From Hydrolagus colliei (lineage: Eukaryota): a DNA stretch of 64,000 nt. Both the position numbers and the translations under genes were made by a program. Under the pieces are notes generated by a model. That model ran no database searches. It was not told the origin of the DNA and was given only the letters and a program-made list of their open reading frames with translations. The DNA is taken from assembly GCA_035084275.1 (NCBI GenBank), contig CM068754.1:12152001-12216000 (forward strand), read 5' to 3'. Shown one piece after another: positions 1 through 12,960 of this stretch (positions are counted from its first letter, which is position 1; every line of letters starts with the position of its first letter).

Positions 1-130
1 TAATTGAATTGGCAAAGCGTTTTACCCACAATATACACAGTTAAAACCACTTTACAGTATATCCTGTGAGGTACTTTGAGACATCTCTATGAGTTGATAA
101 GGCTTCATATCAAATGCAGGGATTATTATT
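1..130 (+). mobile_element. 3' part of a tRNA-derived SINE (chimaera SINE2-type family)
   Basis: cactttacagtatatcctgtg...tatcaaatgcagggattattatt tail matches the full copies at 16532 and 26982. Confidence 0.8.
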
Positions 131-504
131 TATCTATTACAATGAAATACGTTGGAAAAGCTTTTGCTGTCATCAAAACTCCACGCAAAAGTCCCATCTG
201 CTTTCCAAATCATTTAATATTAACTTGGAAATTTATGATTCCAAATAGCATGAAATAATTTGATTCATTGAACTTTAGTGGAATCAGACCAGTATTTCAT
301 TTGATTGTATAAGATTCTATAAACTTTGTTTTTTCCCCTGAAGTTTGGCCGATAAGGCAGTTCCAGGACTATAAATATGTCACTAATACAAAAATACGAA
401 TTGCAGAGCTTGGTAGAAATCTAAGGTCCTCTCTCTCTTGTACCTAGCTGGAGAGTCTCTTTTGGTGGTGGTTGCTGTTCACAATACTCCTGTTAGTTTC
501 TCCT

Positions 505-610
505 GCAAATGTACAGTCAATTCACCTTACAGTATATTCTGTGAAGCGCTTTGAGATCTCTAGAAGATGTGATAAGGCGCTATATCAAATGCAATGATTA
601 TTATTATTAG
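505..610 (+). mobile_element. SINE 3' tail fragment
   Basis: tacagtcaattcaccttacagtatattctgtgaagcgctttgaga...gcgctatatcaaatgcaatgattattattatta. Confidence 0.85.
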
Positions 611-1624
611 TTACCACAACGTGAAAGTACTTTTGCAAACTCATGGTGATGCTTTTGTACATGGCAAGATTTACAAGGATGCAGCACAGTATGAATATTT
701 TCCAGACTTTCTTTAGGGAACATTGCTCCCTATTTTATTTTTACCTATTTCGTTTAATCTTATTACAGTGTATTAACATTGGAGTGATATATTCAATATC
801 ACCAATATTGAATCATTGAGGTAAGTAGTTGTAGTGCTTTTACTTTTCTATATCTCTAATTGAAAGCAAATGCCAATATAGATGCTAGAGGATTTCCACT
901 CATTTTAAATTACAAATGTGGGGATTATCCTGCTGGTATTATTACTTTGCAATTCGCACCTCCTACCATGGAAACAAAAAAAGGCAGATGTTGGGATAAG
1001 ATTTATCACTTTTATTGTAACAGGCTTCAATGTGAGACAGTTGTTTGTGTGAATTTCACATGTATTGTACATACATATGCAGGTAAAGCACCAACAGTCA
1101 TATCCACCCAAGGAAATAATTCTTATAGTATCTCTCCCTTTATCAATGGCACAGCATCTATAAGATTACCAAAACCCTACAGACTACATCCAGAAAGAAT
1201 AGAAGTATTTCATTCTGTGAGCAAACCCCTTCACATGAAAAACCATGCATTCACTTCTGGATTAATTTAATAAATCACAGTATTGCAATAAAAATAGTTC
1301 ATTCACTCTGTATGTATGTACAGAGAGGGGAGGATGCTAATCGGTGAACAAAATAAATATTGCAATAGATTCAACTTGTTCAGCTGCATTAAATCAGAAC
1401 GATGGTAATGCAGAGTGCAGAGAGATGAATTGATGAAGATGAACAGAACATAAAGGATGGCGTGTTAAATGTTCCATGGTTGTAGTTGCCAAATCTGTTG
1501 GTGGTGAAGGTTTTCATTTGTGTCACTAAGATTTTTCAAATGTATAGCTAGGAAGGTTGCTGAGTCTGTGAGTAGAAGAGTATCAATTTAAGGTAGTTAG
1601 CAAACAAACAAATGGGGGAGGTTA

Positions 1625-1822
1625 GGAGTTAGGATATGGAATGCCCTACCAGGAACAGTGGTTGAGGCAGAATCTATATGTGTATCCAAAAGGGAACGAG
1701 TACCTAAAACATATAGGAAAAGGGTGGGTGAAAGGGACTGAAAAATTGCTCTTAAATAAACCAGCACAGACGTAAATTGCTGAATGGCCTTTAACTGTGC
1801 TGTAAATTTCTATGGTTCTGTG
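1625..1822 (+). mobile_element. Degenerate CR1-type LINE 3' end
   Basis: gttaggatatggaatgccctacca...gtggttgaggcagaatct reads VRIWNALP..VVEAES, typical of the CR1 ORF2 end; followed by gctgaatggcct...ctgtgctgtaaatttctatggttct, like a CR1 3' UTR. Confidence 0.65.
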
Positions 1823-3659
1823 AAAGTTTGCTATAGTGTGATTTGGGGACTGGTTATGCATCTAGTATTTGTTTATTATTACAAACAGGACCACCTTACA
1901 ATACAAATTCTCAGGTAATGATTTTCATAAATTTATATTATCGGGTGCTCCAGTTGAAGAAATAACAAAGTTGTCCTCATCATTCCATTTTAAAGTCTTG
2001 GATAAAGAAGTGAACACATCCCATTGATAGTCTACATGCATGGAAGCATTTTCAGACATGTTTTAGTGTAATTTAGGCAAAGTTGGAGAATGGAATTTGT
2101 ACAAATAAAGCATGCCTTAATATGTGTAACAGCAAATACATGTTAGGTTATACTGAAGTATTCATCGACTTTTCATATTTAATGTGCTCATAATTATATA
2201 TAATTATGATATACCATAAGGAAACAAATAAGTGTAAATCAGTGAATAATTACGAAGCTAAAAAGTCAAATTGTATACTTTGTTTCAAACCAATACAAAA
2301 TTAATATAAAGCTGGAATGGATATTTCAATGAATAACACAGAAAAGTCTTCTTGAAGTGTGAACTAAAAATTCTGTTCTTCCAAAGCTTATTCCAAATTA
2401 ATTTTTCAAGAAAAATATTTACGCTCTCATTACATTCACTCAATCTGGATGGGACAAGTCATGTCTTACTCGGTGGTGTAAAGCAGAATAGTTGCTGAAA
2501 TCACAGTGCACAATGATGATATAAAGATAGGTAATGTAGTGCACAGATTAGTACTGAATTTGGCCAAACAACAGAAGATATGGTCTGAGGTGTGGGTCAC
2601 ACCGGAAGGTCCTGACACCATTCAGTCCTCTTTTAAGCCACAAAACAGTGGTGCATCTAGGGAATTGGATGGCATGAGCTGTTTGAAGTTTAGTAGTGAA
2701 GCTTCAGTTTCTGTGTTTAATTAAATCCAGTGGATAGCATTTCCTGAGCCACAAAACCTCATTACATCCCACTACACATAATTTCTTACAGGTGTCTTTC
2801 CAAAATGTAGGTCAGAGTAAATACACTACTTTACACAAAGCAAAATCAAACAGTTTATTCACATCATTGTAATTGCATCTTATTAACTGAGGCAGTTTGT
2901 TTGTGCTTGCAAGTTTTTCTCTTTAATATTCACTTAATAAAATATCATTTCAGCCAAAGTACTCATTTACATAGTACTTTATTTTTAACTTTGATTTTTT
3001 TTTTGCATGATTTTCCATCCCCTTTCTCAGTTGGCTAATTGTAAGCCTAGAAATAACAAATCATAGAACCCCTGCTAACATCAATAGTCACACAAGCTGC
3101 AAACATAAAAGATGAAAACCATAATTTAAGATGATTTTGTTGAAGCTGAAGTAAAAATTGCCAAATCAAATTTCAGTTTACTTTTGATTTTACTCTTTAT
3201 TGAGAGCGGAAGTACATTATCCTATATATGAGGGTCATACAGATGCTAATGGCAGAGTTGCAAAGGCACTTACGCACAGCATTTGAAGGATATAATTATT
3301 TAGTTGCTATTAGTAGCAAACACATCTGAAGCAGCAATTACTTTGTAGCATTAAAAATCAAATAAAACATCAAGAACAGCAGTACACATTAAAACAAGAT
3401 ACTTTAGTTTCTGATGACAGTTTCAATTTGAAATATTGTCACTATTCATACACATATCTGTATTTGACAGTGTCATTGTGCACAGAATACAGGATTGTTT
3501 TGCAAACTTTGTTCTTTATTAAGAAGGCTTTTCATTACATTAAATGTGTTGTGTAGTTTGTCAGATATAAATAACCCTCTCATCTTAAGTCTAACTTGGT
3601 AGGATTTTGTACGTAAAGCAGAAGGCCTTTTTTTAAAAAAAAATATTGTGAACACCAAC

Positions 3660-3929
3660 CAATTCATGCAAGTTGGACTCATGCGTGATTCTCGTTAATA
3701 TTTTTTCATCCAGATCAGCCAATTCTGAATCAACAGAGAATTCCTTCTTTAAAACTATACCGGCATATGTTTCAGAAAGTGCTGGAAAAAGCTGAATAAA
3801 TTCAATTATGTTCCAATACGCTGTTTGAAAAAGTGATGAATTCTCAGTCCAATGAATTAGACTTTGCATTTGCATCAATATGAAAGTTGACCATTGCTTC
3901 CGTGAGAATTGTGCTTCTAGACTTTCCAT
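3660..3929 (-). CDS. Candidate first coding exon (90 codons) of an unidentified gene running toward the left end of the window
   Basis: Strong Kozak context (caacaATGG). Open frame MESLEAQFSRKQW...HESNLHEL with protein-like composition, ending at a phase-0 donor TTG|gttggt (same hexamer as the Zic intron donor). Perfect X-box 130 bp upstream. No homology recognised. Confidence 0.5.
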
Positions 3930-4058
3930 TGTTGGGTCCCAGCTCCAAGGTGGAAATGTGACTGCTCCGCTATAAGCTGAATCCGTTGAAAAAGGATTTG
4001 TTGCTGTTATTTTTCTATTAACAGAACATTATGCTAAGCCTTTATCAGTCATTTTAAC

Positions 4059-4072
4059 GTTGCCATAGCAAC
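4059..4072. promoter_or_regulatory. RFX X-box GTTGCCATAGCAAC
   Basis: Exact match to the consensus GTNRCC-N0-3-RGYAAC, upstream of the ATG at 3929 (minus strand). Confidence 0.7.
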
Positions 4073-7000
4073 TTTATTCCTGCAGGGTTGTGACCTGTGA
4101 TGACTACAGTACAAAGCTAAAGAGTCACGAAAACCCCTTTGAAGCCAGAAAATAGGTTCATATTTATGCAAAAATCTTTGAAATATGATTTAAGCTTTTA
4201 AGAATGAACGCCAAGCTTATTCCAATGTGAGCTTTAGTAAGAGGCCATGGTGATGTGAACACTCTTAAGTTGTAGATCACACACTTAAGAGATTTTTTTT
4301 CTTTTACTCACAGTGAGGGAAGAAATAAATGTGTATTTAGTCAGCAACATATTTATTGGCAATGCATCTTCTGAATGCTGACTGTGTAAGGTCAGAACAG
4401 TTCTGAACTTTCAAATTGGTTTTCCAGCAATAACTAGTTTCAGACTTAATATACTGCCACAGGCAATGTTTATTTTTCCTTGTTTCTTCATGTCCATGTC
4501 ACAACTTTCCTGTCTTTGCAGCCCTCCACATAGATCAAGAAGGGAAATGTTTTTAATTACTTAAGTTGTAGGGAATAGATGGTTATAGTGATACTCTTCT
4601 GTACCTGTGTGTTTGGGTTGTCTTTCAAATCTGTTGTGGAGATTGGGGACTCACATGGAATCAGAGTGATTTCTCTTTAATTTACTTAGTAGGAACATGT
4701 ATGACCAGCTTACCGAGAGTAACAAAAAGATTAGGCTTTGAAAGTATTAGATTGACAGTACCATGGGTACAAAGCACAACAGGCTACTGCTTTGAAGAAA
4801 ATTGTGCTCTAGGTGTCAGGTTTCTGTCAAAACTAGTGACTGTAATGCATGCTTAATTGTGAATAAGACCTGTTGTGCTATTGCTAAGCATTAAAGCCAG
4901 CCATTAGGGCCAACATCCAGGCAAACCTATTCAGCTGGCCCCAGGATTAGATATAAAAATGCCAAATTTATTACCAGTTGACAATCACAAAAAGAACCTT
5001 TCCTTATAAGGTTGCCTCAGGAAATAATTTGAAGGCATTTGTCTGATACACCATAAACTGTGAATTTCTGAGCACATTGTTTCAATTTACAAATGCTACA
5101 CATTTCACAAAACTTGCTCTTATAGTAAGCATTTTAATGCTTATTGATACTTAAGGGCAAAATAACCATAAAGATAACATGTCTACTTTATTCAGTAAAT
5201 ATGCGGTTGTCATAAACTTATGCTCCGTTGGTTTGAGTTTCTGGTCTGTTCAAATTTGTTCGATTTTAATTTGAGGATTTTAAAATGCAATAATAGTTTC
5301 CATTTGAGATAGTATATTCCATAAAATAGTATTTTCCATCTGTCCCAAATCCATATTCATTTTACATAAAAAACATAAGAGCTGTATATAAAAATATCTT
5401 TACAGAAAATAATTTTTACCCCCAAAACATAATTTCTGGTACACATACCAGAAAAAACAGCTTTGTGTGTTTTTTTTTAAAGTTAATTTACTTTGATATT
5501 TTGCACTATTTGATCTGTTAGACTTTTTTATATTATGGAATTAAATCACCTAGGAGATTTGTCAAGGTTAAATTTAGCTCTTTGTGTTCAAGTACTTATC
5601 AAACCTTTAGATTTACACCAAAATCTTTTTTTTTAAAGAAAAGAATTTTAGCTGCTGACAAGAGATTATATCAGAGATGTGTATTAAACAACTGCTTTAG
5701 TATTATATAAAATGAGACAGTTATACAAATTCAGTGATTTATTATTATACTTAGTTAGCAGCCAATTATAAAAGGTAACAAGTGGACACATGAAACAAAC
5801 AGGAAAGACCATTATTGATGTAAAGGAAATGAAATAAGTAAAAATAAGAGGTCAGGTGAAATATTTACAAAGTAGAAAAATTGGAAAACACACATGAACA
5901 TTTTTCAATTATTCACACACTGTCAATTTTTATTTGGACACAAATATATCCTGAGAATAAGAGAAAGGATAGATTTATTGTAACTCAATTGATAAGCTAT
6001 ATGTAAGTTCATTAAAAAATTTAAATGGATTAGGACAGGTAAAGTATTTTCTGCTTCAGGTACGTGAGTGATGCTGACTTTGTACACCGATTGTGCAGTG
6101 GTGTAATTGGGGAGCACCCACTTAAACCACGCAAGGAGAGAATGACACAACCCAATGTTTGCATGCTCAAATGTATATTTAATTCTTCTAATAATCAATA
6201 ATTAATCAATCAATTACACTAATAATATTCAAGTAGCTGTACAGGCCATGTTTGCAGCAATTTACATACCTGAACACGGTGACATTTTATATGTTTAACT
6301 GATACAATTTATTTAAAACAAATGTCAAGTTTGTTAATGCCTTCCATTGCAAAACAGCTTTAATTGATTCCAATAAAAGTTTCGGTAATTTTAAGTGAAC
6401 AGGCTGTTCTGTTTTACTACTTATGATATTTTTATGGCTGTTTATTTTGGTATACTGAGAAACAATAGTCCATGTAAATTGGACTTGGGATAGTATAATA
6501 TTCAAGCAATTGTGTTGACTGTCGTGAATGAGGATACTCAGCATTTATGTGCTTATGTGAGAGAGACAGCTGGTATCAACTTACAAGATAAATTGTACAA
6601 TACATCCTTTTCAATTTAATTTAATTTTCTACATTGACTGTCAATGTCCCCTGATGCTGTTGTTAATTATAATTTTAAATGAGTGCTTTGACTTCTTTGC
6701 ATTATATAGAGCATGTATCAAAACCCTCATCGAAAAAGTGGGTGCAATTTTTTTAAAGAACATTTCTCAGGCTTATCAGTTTGTTGATTAACACAGTTGC
6801 AATATCACTAGATCATCAAAGAGGTTCGGATAAAGAACCATTTGATCCCATCCTTCCAGAATATGCATCCTGACACCCTACCATTGTAGCAACAAACTGT
6901 TTCTTAAATGAGTCCAGCGCTCTGGCCTCGATCACAATTCCTAACCACTAATTCCAGTCCAGCGGTTTTCAAGTCTGCCTTAAACCATGTCTACACAGTG

Positions 7001-8744
7001 AGAGCAGACTTAACATCTCATCCGAGCATTGTAGGGTACTCTCAGTATTCATTGGAATGTCATCCTGGTTGTCGGTTTCCATAACCTTCTGATTCAGAGA
7101 TGATAGCGCACAACTTTATAAATGTGTTGGAAATCTGGAATACACTCAGATTTCCAGCATCTGGAGTATTTTGCCTTTTTGTTTATATAGAAACGTGCTT
7201 CTGGGAAATAGCATGGCATTGCTGCACCGACTGAACTACAATGGAAACTCCAAGTGAAAATCCATGGAGAGCTAAGGCTGAGTAATTAGCAACGATATAT
7301 GTACAGATCACCAGCCATTGTATGTAAGTAAGCAGGGCAGGGCTGAACGGTGTTGCTCAAATTGTGGAGGTAAATTAGGACATGCTTGCATTTCTATTGC
7401 ACTTGCACGTTTCACTATGTCCAGCATGTGGCATGAACACCCATCTTGGGGTGTCTTAAAGTTTCAAGAATCATCTGTTACCAGTAACATTCTTTGAGTT
7501 CTGTTTTCATTAACAATGCTCGTGTGGAATGCAACTTGGCTTGTACTAGCTGAAATACATCAATTATTTTCTCCACATAATATTCCCACTGAAACCTTTT
7601 ATTAAGTGTCTGTTCAAAACTTTTACATATGAATTGTTCCCACACAAGCAACAATTTCAGGAAATGTAATCATATTGCTTCATGAAGTATCAGTGGAATT
7701 GATACACTCCTTTTGAACAGGAAATAGCTAAGATGATGAGGGGGCGGGGAGGGAACTATTATTTAAAATGATTGAGTTGGCAGTAATGAAACTAGGTCGA
7801 AAATTCAATCTAATCATCTGGTGAGGGTAACTCCTTATATTTTATTCCCGTTGATCATACATCACTTATATTGCATTAAACTTATAATGAAATACCTGAT
7901 GCTGTTTATTAATACTACTCACATTACATATCATGTCTACCTCTGACCCTATTATACCCCACTCCTCTGCCCACCCCCTTCGCATAGCTAACACAGGCCT
8001 ACGGTGTGTCCTTCAACTCTTCTGAAGGGTTGGCGCAATCAGCCACTACTCCCCTAATCTTTGGAACTGCTTGCTTCATTCCCTCCTCCTCACCCCTTCT
8101 TTATCTATCTTTAAAATCTATCTATTTAAGATCTACCTCTTCCACTACATTTATGGTCACTGCCCCCTTCCCCTTCCCTCTTGCTCAGTGTCCAAGCCTC
8201 CAATTCTTTACAGTGTTCCAACATTATCCCGGTTGAAGGGCACTTTATAAATACATGTTTGTTGTTGTTCATAGTTTCCAAGAATACAGTACAAGTCACA
8301 CATCTGTATCACTAGTTTGAATAATTTGCTTACCAGTTACCTCCGGGTTCTAAAAGAATTCTTGAACATTTCTCCTGATCATTGCATTATTAGCATGCTG
8401 AAAGTGATGTGCAGACTGCTCTTTCATGCATCATAGGGATGCTTCTCAGAGTCATTATCACACCAGCACTCTGTCTCCAATCTCTGATATGGTCTCTTTA
8501 GATTCTTTGTACACCATGCTTTAAGAAGTTATTTGAGAAGCAGCTCACAATCATAGCTGTGTTCAAGTTGTATCCCTTCAATTATCCTTTATCCACACAG
8601 TGATTTTCTGTTTTGTGATAATGGCAAGTGAAAAGAGCAAACTGAACATCTTTGACAAATAAAACTCACAATCCAAATGCGAATCTCTTAAGAACCATAA
8701 ATACCGTAATATGATTTAAATTACCTACACAATCTGTTTGACGT

Positions 8745-9030
8745 TGTCTCTCCCTTCTTCTCTCTTGAAGATGCTGAATCTTGTAAGGGCTGGTACATTG
8801 CTGAAATGGTCATTCTTTGTGTGTGAGTAGACAGTGAGTGTCGGTTGGCTATTCATCTGTAGGGAACAGCTGAGCTCGATCATGTCCTCAACTAACATCC
8901 ACACACACACATGTTTCAGCAGGGGGTCACTGGATAGCAATTAGAAGTGGGCAGATTTTTCCCCCTCCCTAGCCCAGGGGCAATGTAGCCCATTGTAACA
9001 ACACTACAGTTGCCCTGATGAGATCAGTGC
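8745..9030 (-). mobile_element. Ancient AmnSINE2-like SINE relic
   Basis: The reverse complement contains ctgggctagggaggggg, gctatccagtgacccc and gacactcactgtct...cacacacaaagaatg, matching the AmnSINE2-like consensus as recalled. Confidence 0.6.
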
Positions 9031-9846
9031 TGGATCAAGCAATTGTTTTAATCATATATTAAGTTTATGTGCTAGGTTCACATGTATGGACTGAGACAAA
9101 ATCTCACATGGAAGAGACCCGATATGTATGTGAGCAAGAGTGTGGTTGATGTGTGCAAATATATCCTTTGCTTTTAAGGCACAAGTTGAACAAAACAGTC
9201 GAAGAAATAAAACTTGAGTAGGAAATTGTTATTTTCTTTTCAATTTGAACACTGTTGGATATGGTTTCTGATTGAAGCTTCTATTTTGTGTTTCGCATGA
9301 ATGTTCGTAATGATATCAACAGGAAACAATGCTCTGTTTTTAATCAGAGAACAAGCCACCATCTTTTAACCTATAAATTGAAAGCCTCAGAAACTTCTTC
9401 AAAACAAATTGCTGCCAAATTATATGATGTCAGAGCAAGAGGCATCCACAGATGCAGATTGTCAACACATTTGAATTCAGAAGTACCCAGATTTTGCAGT
9501 TTGGAAAGAAAGATTTGCAGATTTTTTCTAATGCTCTTGTCACATGTCACGGTGGAGACATATTTGGGTCTAATTTGTTGTATTTCTTAACTGGATTCCA
9601 TAATATGGAACCAGAGATTTTGCAAATACAATATCCTCCCAGTAGCCACAAGAATTCTGATCTGGTATAATCTACTTCTGGAGTGGTGTTCACTTGGAAT
9701 GATGGGAATTCCAATTGGATTTCTTATAAAGGAATTAAGAAATTCCTTATTATTAAGGATTATTATTAAGAAATGTCACAAATTGGACCCCATTGTCTAA
9801 TTATGCTGGTGAATATGCTCCCAGTTTTTCATGCAGAAGCCTTCAT

Positions 9847-10148
9847 TAATAAAAATATTAACAATACTTTCATTTGAAGTAGTGCTTCGCATGTCTTCGA
9901 AATGTTGCAAAGAGCTTCACAGAATATATTGTAAAGTGAATTGACTGCATATTTATGGGCAAAATGTGGCAGCCAATTGCACACAGCAGTGTCCCACAAA
10001 CAGTGGTGGATTAAAATGACCAATTTTTTTTTGAGGGATTATTATCAGGCATGTGGAGTAAAAAAACTCGCCCAAGGTTTCGCCCAACCCGAAATTGAAT
10101 TCAGTTCTCCCGCTTGCAAGGCGAATGCTCTAACCACCGAGCTACAGC
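9847..10148 (-). mobile_element. Full-length tRNA-derived SINE
   Basis: The reverse complement starts gctgtagctcggtggttagagcattcgccttgcaagcg (A box, tRNA-like head) and continues through the body to the tail. Confidence 0.9.
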
Positions 10149-11739
10149 ATTTTATTCATTGATCATCTATGGCAAAATAACAGTATCTAAAATTGTTGAT
10201 TAATTTAGCAACATTTTATTTCCGCAGTATCTTGCCAAATAAGTTACAAGCGAAGATAAAGCTCTTCTATAATAGTCCTGGAATGTGTGCAAACAAGCTG
10301 TGAGCAATTTTGGAAGTTCAAGGGAAATAATGAAGCACTGGACATCAAATATGTTACCTCTGTGGAGTTAATGAGTGGCATGGAAACGGAATAGAAACCT
10401 TGCCAAGCAGTGATAGTTCAATATTTCCAGTTTCTTTTTTGTGCTTATTATGGTGACAAAAGGAAGGTTGTAGAGTGTGGATAGTTTTTTCAGCTTTTAG
10501 TGTTTTGCAAAGGCTAGACATAATTGCAATCTTCCCAGAATTTAACACAAAGCTTTTCACAGCTTGTATAACCAGCCAGAGAAATGTTAGAATCCTCTCA
10601 CCCTAAAATTTTCATCCCCAGACCCCGATGACCCAATCAAGACTTGAAACTGAATGGAGATTTCATTCCAGATTCTAATTTAGTACTGTAGTTTGATCTC
10701 CTCCTTAAAAGTTAGACACATTAATTCCATGAAGTCTCTCAATTTATTCTGCGTTTTATAAGAAGAACCATAGCTATTCCTGTTCTAATGCAACATTGGC
10801 CTGTTCTGATCTCGAATCATGTATAGCAACATTTCACTGTGTTTGCTTATTGTAATAAGCCATTGTAGACAAAACATTTAGAGTTGCGCTATCTCTTATA
10901 TATCTTCTCTCTGTCTCTCCTGAATGTGCTAACTTTTTCTGGATTGATATTGAATCAAGCACTAGAAGGAGTTTTAAAAAAAAGATTCCTCTTGTCTTTA
11001 TTCTAAACCAAATGAATATCATATTGGAGCAATTCACTTATTGTTCGGTACATTTTGCACAGGAGGGAAGGAGCTCTGTGAAAGCTGTTAAAGAACATGC
11101 AATTCCGTAGCTTGTTGTCAAGAGCAGAGAAAGAATGACTGATCATTTGTCAGTATGTACAACGATGAAATCAGAACTGTAAGAATGCTTCAATTCCAAC
11201 TAACATTTAACTTCATTTACAGAAAATCTGACCCTTCAACACAGTTAAGAATAACCTCACCTGACAAACAGAAGCAAAGGTGCACGCATTTGAACACCAC
11301 TCGTCTCCTGTCTTGAAAACTTCTCCACCTGAATTAATTTTTTTCTCCGGCAACCTTTGAAAGGATGAAAGTTTTTCACGATGAAACCAATACTTTTTTT
11401 TGACATTCTCCAACGATTTATTTGAAGTATCTCCAAATAGTCTCACTGAAAATCAGCAGGAATATCGCACATGACAGTATCAAAAATAATTGAAAACAGT
11501 AAAAAAAAAGGTATTTCACAATATACGAACAGTTTTCAAGATGCTTGTTTGATTTTTCAGTCACCAGCTGTCTCAAATGCTTTTATAATTTTTCTCTCCC
11601 GCTAAATGTTTTTGCTCTTGAGATAACTATTTAAAAAAGAATAATTGTATGGCTAGGAAGTGTAGATCTTCCTAGCCATAGGAACCCAGTTATTAGCCGA
11701 TTTGCAGATTGCTTTTACGGAAGTAACAATTCCTTCAAA

Positions 11740-11936
11740 ATAAATAATAATGATAAATTGATCACTTCAATCCACGATTGTTTTGTGGGGCACTGCTGTG
11801 CACAATTGGTTGCCGCATTTTGCCTACAAAATTTACAGCCAATTCACTTCACAGTATATTCTGTGAATGCTTTGAGACATTTTTATGACATGATAAGGCA
11901 TTATATCAAATGCAAGGATTTTTATTATTATTATTA
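11740..11936 (+). mobile_element. 5'-truncated tRNA-derived SINE
   Basis: taaattgatcacttcaatccacg...gcactgctgtgcacaattggttgccgc...tatcaaatgcaaggattttt(att)n. Confidence 0.85.
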
Positions 11937-12029
11937 ACCTTTTTTGCAGGATAGCAATGACCCAGGTTGGAGCATGGTTTCTCTAGCCAGCAGCAATTCA
12001 CTGACTTTCTCACGAATATTTTCTATTAT

Positions 12030-12320
12030 TTGAGCCAATGGACTTACACATGACAAGCAATTTCAGTGTGGAGGACGTCATAATCAAGACTGACTGTTCT
12101 AAATTCACTCATGAACATTTTCTTGTGATGAGGGGGTAGGGATCGTCACTGGATACCTGGTAAGAGTCAGAAACCCTTTCTGATTACTTCTCTTCCTGTC
12201 CCTGAGCACAATGATGCCAATTGTAGTGGCCACACTGTTGCCTTGGTTGAGATGAGCTAATTCAGCACAGACCAGGATTTTCCTGAATTGTTTAACTCAG
12301 TACAACACTACGTGGTCCGT
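12030..12320 (-). mobile_element. AmnSINE2-like relic
   Basis: gtcactggata, gccaattgtagt and gagatgagctaattcagcacagaccagg blocks are shared with the other relics. Confidence 0.55.
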
Positions 12321-12387
12321 TAATATTGAAAAATGTTATTTCTGTCTTCTACGGTTACGCATTTATCACTTTTTCTTCTCCATTCCA

Positions 12388-12452
12388 CAGCAGCCTTTTG
12401 GGATGTCCTCCTGACATGAAAAGCGCTATATAAGTGTAATTTTGTTGTTGTT
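12388..12452 (+). mobile_element. Isolated L2 3' tail (similar tails at about 14188-14245, 27698-27765, 29207-29268 and 42290-42350)
   Basis: ttgggatgtcctcctgacatgaaaagcgctatataagtgtaattttgttgttgtt matches the 3' end of the L2 at 35044. Confidence 0.8.
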
Positions 12453-12654
12453 CAATTTACACATTTGAACTATTTGAACATAAACCAGGACGCAATATGA
12501 TATATAAATATGGCATGATTCACTTTAATATCTTCCATTGCTGTTTGTTGCTTTGTCAAAGAAGTTCTATTTAAAACATATGTTGTCGATCTCCAAACAG
12601 TGGTGATGGCTTCAATTACCTGTCATTTTAGATCCTTATTCATTTTTAACAAAA

Positions 12655-12960
12655 GGTTCACCTGGTGACTTAGTAGGTAAATGAACTACCCCGTACCATC
12701 ATTAAGCTAAAATGGTCAGAAGGTTGCAATGTTCAAATGTGTACGTGTTGAGTTAGCTGAGCTTAGATAGGGCAGCTACAATTGTCCTCAGTTGCTTCTT
12801 TACGAGAGAGATCACAGTTAGTGATTTTACTTTTGGTAAGTTTTCCAGTGACATCTGTTGAAGAGCGTATATCAGATGAGGCCACCATCAGGCCCAGTGT
12901 GAAGCTTCCCAAAGTTAACTGCCAAGCTTCACACATGCAGAATGGCCTTTTGGGACGCCA
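12655..12960 (+). mobile_element. AmnSINE2-like relic
   Basis: gagttagctgagct, ctacaattgtcctcag, tccagtgaca and cttcacacatgcagaatggcc blocks. Confidence 0.55.

Noticed and set aside
860-1270. 136-aa plus-strand ORF
   Set aside because: Non-ATG start, no recognisable domain and no convincing exon chain.
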